64,000 nt of DNA from Octopus bimaculoides (lineage: Eukaryota): the NCBI RefSeq assembly GCF_001194135.2, contig NC_068990.1, forward strand, positions 17,776,002-17,840,001, in the 5' to 3' direction. The notes under the pieces are model-generated. The model had not been told where the DNA came from and did no database searches. It saw only the letters and a list, made by a program, of their open reading frames with translations. Shown here in pieces: positions 39,301 to 51,400 of this stretch (within the stretch, counting starts at the first letter, position 1; each line of letters opens with the position of its first letter). Made by a program: the position numbers and the translations under genes.

Positions 39301-42300
39301 GAGTACAATGTAGTCTTTGGACCCATTGGATCCTGTAAAACCATCTAACTCATGCCAGTATTGGAACATGTATGTGAAATGGTGAGTGTGTTGACAAAGA
39401 TTTGGCTGCTATTTCTTGCAAAGTTTTCTTTGTTGGCTCGTTATGCAAGCCTGCCATTTCTAAAGTGAATGATTAGAAAATAAATTATTAGAATATTAAT
39501 TTTGATAAACAGTCAATGGCATTTTACTGCGAAGCAATGCTTCACAAGTATATTCATCTAACTCATGCTATCATGAAAAGTCGAAAAATGAACACATTTA
39601 TTTACAAACAATACCACAATTACGAGGGGCACCCAAAAGTAACCGGAAACATTCTCTGTGGGACAAGCATCCAACTGTAAAACAGTGCCTCAACAATGCA
39701 TTTATTTAACCCATGTGAGCATAGAAAAACGGATGTAAAAAGAATAATCTAAAACTCTACTAGAAAACAGACTAATTCATTTGTACAAGGTGTAGTGAAA
39801 TAGTAAATGCAATAAGCAATAAAAGAAAATCTTTTTTTTTCTTTCTCCCATGATAAAACATATTACATTGACACGCACACATATGTCACATTCTTCTTGC
39901 CTTTCAATATGCCTCACTTAATTAAATTTCTTTAATAGTCTCTCACCATCCTTAGGACGTTTCTTCCCACCTCCCTGGGCTTTTCACTAATGTATAATTT
40001 TAAGTACCTTTTCTTCTCTCACAGAATCATTTCTCTCTCACTTTTCCCCAGTGTTCTCTATTGTAATTCATTTTTCTCTTCTCTCCCTGAACTGACATCT
40101 TTTCTATCATTCAGCTTCTTTTGTCCATACCTTACTCCCACGGTACAATGTCTCACAGACTTCTATCACTCTAAACATTCCCTTTTGCCTCACACTCAAT
40201 TCCCACTACTTCACAAACATCTAACAATTACGCACGTGTACACACACACACACACACACACATACACTAATCTACACCACTACACTTCCACATTCTATTC
40301 ACTTTTACATACATACTCACCCATCCCCACATGCCCCTCTCTGAATACAGATACACTCCTATATTTGTACTGGAGCCTNNNNNNNNNNGATACACTCCTA
40401 TATTTGTACTGGAGCCTGGTGTTGCCATCCGGTTTCACCAGTCCTCAGTCAAATCGTCCAACCCATGCTAGCATGGAAAGCGGACGTTAAACGATGATGA
40501 TGATGATGACACCCATTTTCTTCTCTCTGTTTAACTCCCCCACCTACCCAGAACCACATTCCCACCTGACTCCTCACCTGTTTTTTTCTTTCTCACCGAC
40601 TTTTTTCTCCCCACTCACCATTATTTCTCTTTCTTCTAATGAAAGACTAACATGGTAACATAATGTGGAAACTCTTTCTTTTAAACATTAAGCTAATACA
40701 GTATTTGTTAAACCTGTCCCTCCTATATATATATTTTTCTTTTGTCATTTGTTGTAATTACACAATAATTCATTTGTGTCTATCAAATATGACAACAAAA
40801 GACTATATCAAACCTTCTGATATTTGTCCGCTTTCTTTTGATATTTGTCCGCTTTCTTTTGATATTTACTAAATGTCTAAAAGTTGTTACTAGAAAATTA
40901 TTTTGTGAATAAATTATTTGGTTTATTAACTTCATCTTTAGAAATAGTTTTGTCACTGAAGATGAAGTTAATAGTCCAGAAAATAACATTAAACGAAACA
41001 TCTTGTTTTAGATTTTCATCTTGAGAAGAACATTAACCCTTAAGAGACCAACTCTCCTGAGACCATTCCAGTTGAAATTAAATTTAAAATTCCCATTGAA
41101 ATGCTTAGCATTTTGTCAGTCTTTGTCATGAGTTCAAATCCCACTGAGGTTGATTTTGTCTTTCATCATTCTGAGATCAATAAAATAAATGGTGGTGATG
41201 GTGGGGTTAAGTCAATTACATCAACCCCAGTGCTCAACTGTTATTTAATTTATCAACCTCAAAAGAATGAAAGGCAAAGTCAACCTTGGCAGAATTTGAA
41301 CTCAGAACGTAAGGACGGATGAAAGGCTGCTAAGCACTTTGCCCAGTGTGCTACCGATTCTGCCAGTTCGCTGCCTTAAAAGCACCTGCTTAATGATGAC
41401 AGTTATTTTACAAAATTCTTCATTATATTCAAAATATTGGAACAAAAGCAATGTATTTCAACAGAAATATGATGACAAAAGGATTAAGCAGATGTTCAAA
41501 GGCATTCCAGCCACTCATTTTTGTATTTAAACAGTAAATCCCAGATTACATCATCCGATGATGGTAGGGTGTGATTTAACCTTTGTGATACTAACTCATT
41601 TGGGACCACCCCTAGCCCTATGTTAGTGATTAAATTAAAACCTTCCATCAAAATTTCATTAATTTCCAAACACCAGATTAACAAGGATGGTTATTCTACT
41701 AAATACATCTAATTTTTTTTTTCCCTCAAAACTGATCGAAACCAAGAAGTGCATTTCAAGAGAAATATAGTAACAAAAAGGTTAAGAAACGAGCCTGAGA
41801 TAATGACATAATCAATTTAATTAAAAAGATGAAAAAAAACAATCAAAAATCGAAGATTATTGAATTGGGGTTATTTTTTTAAATCGATTCATTTTTTTCC
41901 CCCCATTGTCTTGTTTTTAGAGAGAACAACATAAACTTTTGCTGGAAGAAATCAAAATGAAGCATTCAGAAACAGAAGAACTTTTACTAAATAAAATCGA
42001 CAGTCTTGAATCTCAATTAAAAACTGGTTTAATGACTCTTGAAGAAGTTAAGTTTTCTGCTGACCAGACAATTGTAAGTTGATTTCTTTTTTTATTTGAT
42101 AATCTTTTATGTTTGCTTTTTTCTTTTGTATTTTAAATTTATATTTATAGTCATTGGTGCAGGCATGGCTGTATTGTTAAGTTGGGGCTCAGTGGGAGCC
42201 CCAATGGCACATTGGGTTAGTGTCTTCTACTATTGCTCTGGCCTGGGATGACCAATTCCTTGAGAGAAGATGTGATAGAAACTGAAAGAAATCTATTGTG

Positions 42301-42415
42301 TGTGTGTGTGTATACATATATATATTTGTGTGTGTTGCCCAAGATGCTATATGGTGAGACTGAACCCCAAACTACAAGTTTGAGAAGCATGTTTCTTAAC
42401 TACTTAGCAATGCCA

Positions 42416-42458
<43 letters not shown>

Positions 42459-45400
42459 GTCGGAAACAAAAGGACTCTGTCTCAGTGAAAGGTAGACTGT
42501 ATGATGCTTGTGTGCAAATGGCTATACTCCATGGTAGTGAGACATGGACTATGAATGCAGAAGATGTGCATAAACTGGAGAGAAATGAAGGCAGTATGCT
42601 CTGTTTTCTCTGAGAGAAAAGTTGGAGAGAATCAAAGTTGGACAAAATCAAATGTAGGTTGCAAGAGAGAAGACTATGTTTGTTTGGACTTGTGATGTGT
42701 ATGAATGAGGACAACTGCATAAAGAAGTGCTGATCATTGAAAGAAGAGGGAGACCCAAGAAGACGTGAGATGAAGTAGTAAGGACCGATCTCAGGATGTT
42801 GGGCCTCATGGAGGAAATAACAATGAACTGAGATGTCTGGCAATATGACATTCTTGAGAAGACCTGCCCATGTCAGTGAAACTGAGTTCTAGAAGTGTTG
42901 TGTGTTCCACACGTAACAGGAAAACTTTTCACATACAGTACCCCAACAAACCAAACTGCATCTCTTCCTCATATTTCCTCTTTCATGCACTATGCTTGCC
43001 CCCAACTCCTCTATTCTGTCCTCTGGGCCCTGTTTCACAGTATCATTGCTATCTGTTAGCCCCAACCTGTGTGTTCTACCCACACATGACAGGAAAACTT
43101 TTCTCACACCCTACCCCAACAAACATCTCAACATATTTTCTCTTCCTCACATTTCCTCCATGCAATATGCTTACTTATCACTCTCCAATCCTGTCCTCAT
43201 GGCCCTGTTTCTCTATATCATTGCTATCTGGTAGCTCCCCTATCTCTATACACCCAGGTTTTTACCACTCACTACTCATGCTTCTTTTGCAGTGTCCTGT
43301 CATTTATATTATGACCTTCGAACCTCAAGGGTATTCCTTGGCACTTGCCACCTATCTATCTCTCCCTTCTTTTACTTGACCATCTCATTTATATTCTGAT
43401 CCCTGTCCCTTGTGAGTATGCCCAGCACTCTGCCACTATCTCTATCCTGCTGTCTCCCACTCTCTCTCTCTCTCTCTCTTTCTCCTGCTCTCTCAAGTTG
43501 GGTAAACATGTATCTCCTTTACAGCAGCACACCTATTTCTGTTCTCATTCCTGATCTCTCTCTCCATCTTGCTGGGTAACCATGTACCTCTACAGCAAGA
43601 CACCGTTTCTGTCTCTCTGTCTCACTATAACCTTTCTTAGTCTGACACAAGATCACCTCCTCCAATGCCCCCTCTCCTCTCAAAATATTTTTATCTTGCA
43701 AGTTACTTGGTGACCCTGTCAGTGCAGGTGTCACTTAAAAAGCATCCAGTCCACACTGTAAAGTGGTTGGCATTTGGAAGGGCACTCAGCTGTAAAAAAC
43801 CTTGCCAGAATTGACCTCACTTGTATTTGTACCATGTAAAAAGCATTGGGCACGCTGTGGGATTGTTGGTGTTAGGAAGGGCATCCAGCTGTAAAAACCC
43901 TGCCAAAACAAACACAGAAGTCAAGTGCAAGCTTCTACCTGGCTGGCTCCTGTCAAACCATCCCATCCATGCCAACTCGAAAGGTGGAGGTTAAACGGTG
44001 ATGATGATGATGATGATATATATATGTCTTCTTCACTCCTGTTCACCCATATATAAAGCAGGATAGTCATGAATCTCTTCTACAGCAACAAGCCTATTCC
44101 TGGGCTTTTTATCATATTTTAATCCCCTCAACACATTGCATAAACCCACCTTTCTCCCTCTCAGTTGAGTACAACTGTTGGATACCATTTCATGCCATCA
44201 AATTATGAACCCCCACTTTGCAATCACAAGGTCTCGGGTTAATTCCTGCCGCGTGGCATCTTGTGTAAATATCATATGCTGCAAGTTGATACTTATTTTG
44301 TGAGTGAAATTAAGTAGATAGAGAGTGTATAGAAGCTCACTGGGTGGATTGTACTTCAAATTCAAAAGGCACATACAACTCTATCATGCATGGTATCACA
44401 TTGATTCTGCTTGGGAATTGATATGACACATCATGCATGTGTCTGTGGAATGCTGAGTCACTCATATGTCTTAATTTAAGAACAGGTTGTTTCATTGATT
44501 AAACAATCCTCATTGTTGATCAAGAGAGATCTGTCACGATATACACGTGCATGCACTTGAAGGTGTATATACAAACTTAAATAGGTATGACATCACCTCC
44601 ATTTTTCACACTTTTACAAGTATAGTAGTTTATTGGAGCAATAATTTTACCAGTTGAACCCCCTTCATACACTCAATATCACTCACATGTAACTTGCTAT
44701 ACACTAACGATATTAAGTTCTTAACCCTCTCAAACCTGGAGCCCCTGTGTCTAACTTTACCCTTCACCCAGGCTCCTGTTGCATATACAGCTCAGGTGTA
44801 TCACTTGCAGGCAAACTAATGGACAGAATCTCAAAAATAAATTCAGGTGAATAACAATAATAAGCCTATCACTCAGCTACCATATTTGTTCACCCAAATT
44901 GCTACTTTCCTCATCACTTTCACCACTTTGGTTGTTCAAATCACTCTCATTGCTGGTGTAAGTGTAAACGCTTCATCCAAAAAATAAATATCATCAGTGA
45001 TTTCGTCAACTGCAAAGAGTCAAGGCCTTGCTTACTTACAGGATGAAGTGCTGTGTTCATCACACAATCATTTCATCACAGAATCGTTTTTCTTTTGTGT
45101 TTTTTAAAATTAAAAACAAAAGTAAACAACAGCTATGGGGGACACCATTAACAATGAGTCATAAACACAGTTGACCACACAGCTGCAATGTGGTCAGTTG
45201 TCTGATTTAAGTATTGTGTCTTTTTTTTTTTCTATGTGTTGTTTGTTACTGCCTTAGCAGGAATCCAACAGAGATGACATTTAAGCTATTCCTGCCATAT
45301 TGAGAACATGGTGTGATGTGGTTAAACCAAATGAGAGCTTCTACATGGTCACTCAATCAGCTAGAAGCATCAGCGAGAAGCATCAGCCAGATCATCCTCA

Positions 45401-48400
45401 AATCATATCCAGATGTTTTTAAAAAGGAAAAATATATTTCATAGACACTAGTTAAAAAATAAAACATCGTTTTGTAGGCACTGATTTTGACAAAGCATGT
45501 GTGTTTTACTTTTATATTCATGTAGGTTGATGTTTACACTTGGTACCACCTCTAACTCATACATCTTACAGGAGGCTGTGGAGGAACTTCTACATGATTG
45601 TGTGACCTGCTAGAAATAGCATCTAAATCATGCTACACAACTTTAAAAAACAGCTGGATGCCCTTCCTAATGCCAATTTCTTTACAGCGTGTACTGGGTG
45701 CTTTTATTTTTCTTGTCATGCAGCTTGCTAGACTAGGACCCCCAAATGGGTAGGGAGAACTTTATGGTAGAATAAAGAGTAGAGAGGGGTAAAGCTATGT
45801 AAGAAAGGGCTGGAGCAGAATGAGTTATTTGCTGTAGAGGAGCAACATAGCTACTCACATTTTAGAAGAGAGGGGTCAATGTAGTTGGAAAGTGATATAA
45901 ATGAAAAAAAAAGAAAAAATGGGAGAGTCATGGCTGGAATACATATTGATCAAAGCTCTGCTTAATCATGGCCAATCTGGAATCTTTAACAATCATTATT
46001 TAATGATCTGAACTGATGTTTATGTGGGTATTAAATTTGTTAATTATAAAATGTTCAGCATCAACAAACATGTTTTAAAGGTGGATTATTTTGTTTCTAT
46101 AAATTCTTCTTATTTAAGGCTCAAATGGAAGAAAATGAAGAAGAATTGAGTGCAAAACAACTGCTTTTAGAAAGGAAAATTCAATCTTTAGAAGATGAAA
46201 GAAATGAATTACAGGTAAAATATAATTTAATGTTATTACTGTGCAGCACCTTCTGAAAGTGTTGTCCATGGGGTCTTAAGCCAACCAGTGCCTTGTGAGT
46301 AAATTTGTTTGATGAAAACTACATGGAAGCCCATGTGCATATTTGTGTGTTTGTCTCCCATTGCTTGAGAGCTAGTATTAGTTTGTTTGCATCTCCCTGA
46401 TGGTTCAGTAAAATGCGATCAATGAAATAAATACTTGATTAAAAAAAAAAAAAGTATCAGGTTGATTTGTTCAACTAAACTCTTCAAACCAGTGCCCCAG
46501 CATGACTGTAGTCTAATAACTGAAACAAATAGAAGAATGATTGCATTCATCATCATCATTGTTTAATGTCCGCTTTCCATGCTGGCATGGGTCAGACGGT
46601 TGGACTGAGGGTTGGCAAGTCAGAAGGCTGTACCAGGCTCCAATCTGATTTGGCAGAGTTTCTACAGCTAGATGCCCTTCCTAACGCCAACCACTCTGAG
46701 AATGTAGTGGGTGCTTTTATGTGGCACCAGCACGAAGGCCAGTCCGGCGGTACTGGCAACAGCCACGCTCAAAATGGTGTATTTTACGTGCCACCTGCAC
46801 AGGAGCCAGTCCAGCGGCACTGGCAACGATCTCGCTCGAATGTCTTTCCACATGCCACCGGCACAAGTGCCAGGAAGGCGACGCTGGGCACAAGTGCCAT
46901 CACGATTTACTTTTGTCACATGAAAAAACTGTGCAGCATAAAATTTTTGTACACATTGATTAATGAAGATTAAAAAGAATGTTGCCTTAGAATAGGAATG
47001 TGTGGTGATATTTATTATAATTGCACTATAAATAAAAAGTTCTTGCATATTAACTGAAATAAAAACAAATTCACAAGTCATCTTTTGAATCATTAAGACA
47101 CACTCCAGCCTCTGGCTCACAAGTGTACTGTCTCCTCTTTGTCTTTTCCATCACTACTATAATGGCCTCTGTCCCTCAAAGTTGACTGGTCTCATACCTC
47201 CACCACTCAACAGGCACTCTGATCCACTTGCCTCTCCACATTTCATCCCTATTGTTGTATTCAGTTCCCCCACTTGTCCTGCACAAACTGCTATCTCCCA
47301 GTCCTTGCTCCCCAAAACATTGTCCCTTTGGAATCTCCTCCCTGTTTTTGACTTTCTCACAAATGTTGACCTGCAATACATTAATCGCATCAACCTTACT
47401 AGTCTTGGATGGCCTGCAAGGATCATGGCCACTTCCTCTTTCACCAAACACTGCAAGTAAAAATGAAAAGCAGTTTAAATGTTACAAAATTTTTCACCTT
47501 CTTTCCTTTCTATTATGTTGCAATAGATATCTATTTTCTTCCTAACTCTTCCAGGATAAACTAATTTCTCAAGAGAACGAATATTCTGCTGTGTTAAGTG
47601 AACTTCAGGAGAAGACAAGTAAACTAGAGAATGTGGAAATGAAGGTAGGTTATGGCTTTTTTAATTATGCTAAATGAGTTTCTACCTGATAGTCTCTTTG
47701 ATTAATATTCAAATAAATCCTAATCCATCATTGATTAAATCATGCTAAGCTCTGCACTCATTAACTTTACCTAAGTCTTTATTACCAGTAGAGGAAGTCT
47801 CTGCATGAGCCAGCACGATAACCTCTCTTTCTAGAAATAGAAACCAAATACACTGTCATTATTTTATCTTTGAAAAGGGAAAGGCACACTGGACAATGCA
47901 GGCTGAGAAATGATAAAGACCAGACCTCTTGTCTGACGAAAACACAAGAGTTGTGGTTTCTCCCCAGCCTTTCTCTGCTCCAGTCTCAGAAACATGACTT
48001 TGTATAAATGTCATGGGCAGTATCCTTCCATTTCTAAAATTTAAAAAAAAAATTGTACTTGAAATTTCTGCTTTATGATTTTAGTAAAGCCTGATTTCTT
48101 GTGGTGATATTATAACACCTTCAGTCATTTTTGTGAGTGTAGTTGGCAAGTAGCCTGATTGTGTGGTATTTCATAGTATAGCAACTTGGACAAGTGTTGT
48201 TTTCTGTATCCCTGAGCCAACCAAAGCCTTGTGAAGGATTTGGTAGATGGTGCTGGTAAGCAACATGTAAAGAGCACCCACTCTGTAAAATGGTTGGCAT
48301 TAGGAAGGGCATCCGGTCATAAAAACCATGTCAGAACTGACAATTGGAGTCTGGTGCAGCGTTCTGGCTTCTCACCTCCTGTTAACCATTCCAACCCAAG

Positions 48401-51400
48401 CCAGCATGGAAAATGGACGTTAAATGATGATTATGAAACTGAAAGAAGCTTATCATGTGTGTGCATGCGTGCACCCCTCCTTTGACTCTTGAAATCACAT
48501 GGTGGCTGTAAACCAGAAATGTTTGTTTCTATTCTTCCACAAAAAACATCTGGCCACAAGGAAATATTCTCTTGCTTAGGAACAGGAGAAAGTTGGCAAC
48601 AGGAAAGAGATCCAGCCATAGAAAATTTGCCTCAATGAATTCTGTCTAGTCCATGCCGGCTTGGAAAAGTGCATGTTAAATTAATGATGATGTACTTGAC
48701 AGACAATGTGTGTGTGAACATTTTCATTGTGATGTTTCCATTCAATAAAAACGACCATTGTCACTTAGTCCCAAGTATGGCTTACCTCAGACTAACCAAC
48801 GATTCCTTACCCTTCTTAAATATGATTGTTTTAATTTGTTATTGCTTCTGTATTTTCTTTTCTTTGTGTCTGGCATTTTCAGCTGGAAGCTGCGGAAAAA
48901 CAACTTGATGCAGCTTTAGAGGAATTGCAGGCTGTGAATAGAGAAGCATCAGAAACTAAGGCAGATCTCCAGTGTTGTACAGAAGGTAAGTATTAAAGAA
49001 TTACATTGTTTGTAAAATGCTACCCTCTAGGCTGTAAAGATGGACAAAATGTTGCTAAGTTTTTGTCTGGTATGCTGGCAGTTCTGCCAACTCACCTTAT
49101 AATAGCCATAATGAAACAATAATAAGAAAAACAACAATAATAATGATAATAATCTACTCTTTACTGAGGTCATTAGAGGGGTGGGGGATGCACTGAGGAA
49201 ATGCTAATTCCTTGCAAGCCTTAAATTGAGATGACTGAGGTTATGTATTTAATTTTCAATTTCAAACACCAATAGCAGAGTCCTTACATGGCATCATACC
49301 CTTTCTTTTAAGGAAGAAGGGATATGATGCTACGGAGAAGTAACGAACAATATGTCTAGAATATATATATTCTCACAAGGAGTGTGGGAGAAATGTTGAC
49401 TGATTCTCTACTATAACCAATTTCTTTGATGTTTTCTTTTTATGGGACTGTCACTGTGATGTCTTGTAGATACTGACAAGTCATGTGTGCTTAGATTTAC
49501 ATATCCGGGGAGAATTATTGTATTTTATCCAGTTGACACCTACAGAAACTGGAACTTATCTTCTGGCTTTTGTCTTGATGCACCTGTGGTATTTGCATCA
49601 ACAAGATAGGTAATCCCTTGATTTAATTAAGATAACTGACAAATATTCTCATCAAAAGTTGCTGTTGATTGTTTTCCGTTGTTTGCTTTTGTTTAGTTTT
49701 TTTACAGTTCCTGAATGTTTGGAGAACATGAATATTTTAGATATTGTTGCCAGACCAAAAAAATTGGTTACTAATATCACACAGGCAGGGGCTCAGAAAT
49801 TTTACAAGGTAGAATGAGGTTGCTTTGAGGCCACCTCTCTGAGTGGGTGTGGTCTTCTCTTCCCTACTCTCATCAGCATTTCATGGGGCCCTTCCTTGGA
49901 TCTCTGCCCTCTGGATTATTGTACTAACTGAACCCTTCCTTTCTCATAGTTAAACTTCTGATCAAACATTCTAGCCCTGAACATCCTGTTTTTTGGCTTT
50001 TAGTCAGTGTCTTATACTATCATACTTTATCTGATTTAATCTAGAACTTTGTTTCTCTATCTCCTTTTTCCCGCCTTTCTTTTTATCTGGCTGTTTGAAG
50101 GATATTTAACTGCCATTTCTAACAGTTCAAACAATTACATTATAACTGTTTTGTTGGCTTCTTGTGTTTGTTGATATTGTTTATCATCATTTTAACATCA
50201 TTTTTCTATGCATGTACAAAGTCAGACAGAATTCACTGTGGTAGATTTTCTACTGCCAGATGTCCCTCCTGTCACCATTAGCTGTTATTCAGGTCATTTC
50301 CTCTTGAGAAAATTCATTGTATACAGAGGCAGATGATGTTCTTTTTTTTAAAACAACCACTAAACTATGGATCCCATTAAAATAGTTGACTGCAGTTCTC
50401 AGTATCATTAATTTTCAATATTTTGTGAAATCATGTCTGGCCTTGGGCGAAATATTACCTTGCTTGGATACAGGTGAGGGTTAGTGAATAAGAAGAGCAT
50501 CTGATTGTAGAAAATCTTCCTTAGTAAACTCTGCCTGACCCATGCAAGTAAGGAAGAGGACATTAAAACAATGATGATGAATTTTGTCTACTAATCACAA
50601 GACATGAAATTCGTTGTTTGTTATCCTCTTCTTATCATCGGCAAATATCAATTAATTAATTAATTTTTTATTTTTATTTTGTAGAGAAAGATAAATTACT
50701 TTTACGTAATGCAGAACTGTTTCAACAACTGCAGTCATTACAGCAGAGTCAGCAAGTTGAGAAAATGGAGTACGAGCAAGTGTTGAAAGAGAAATCTGAA
50801 ATTTATACTGCACTAAAGAAAGAGGTGGAAGACAATGAGGTAACACTGGACCAGTACAGAAAACAGGTAGGGACCAGTATAATGTCTTGTTTTGTTTTAT
50901 ATTGCTGTAAGGTTACACATTGCTACTGCTGCTGCTGGTGTTTAGTTTCAGGTCAGCCATTACTAAACAAGAAGTCTTTTAGGATCAAAAGACTTCTTTA
51001 CCTTTTGGTCATTCTGTACAATAAGCAACAAGTGAGCTTCTAATGCAAGGTTGAATTGCTAGAAGTAGCAGCAACACTCCCTCAGATCCCACATACATGG
51101 AGACATACATGTACACTGGCGCAGACATGCACATTACCATGTCAAAGGTCATATTGGATGATATAGTCTGATGTACATTGTTTCAGAAAAATACAAAATA
51201 AATTGATATTCTGTCCCACCAGGCCTGACTTGAGGTGAAATAATAACAGTGAACATAAGCACAGGATGGCTGAATGGTCAAGTTCATTATGCAACTATAG
51301 GGCTTTCCTATAAGTAGGTTATCTCCCTTGGCTAGGCGGCGCTCCATGTAGACAGTTAAACTTCCGCAGACTATCCACGCTATTGTTATTGTTTCGATGA

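Noticed and set aside
40349-40418. 30-bp duplication GATACACTCCTATATTTGTACTGGAGCCT across a 10-N gap
   Set aside because: Same contig-overlap artefact.
39990-40490. 166-aa ORF (and similar 42870-43379, 42400-42843, 46668-47120 and 12484-12939)
   Set aside because: Low-complexity, microsatellite- or repeat-derived translations with no recognisable domain or splice support.
40818-40867. CRISPR-like repeats (21-bp and 28-bp units, also 53301-53356)
   Set aside because: Head-to-tail tandem copies without spacers, no cas genes, and eukaryotic context.
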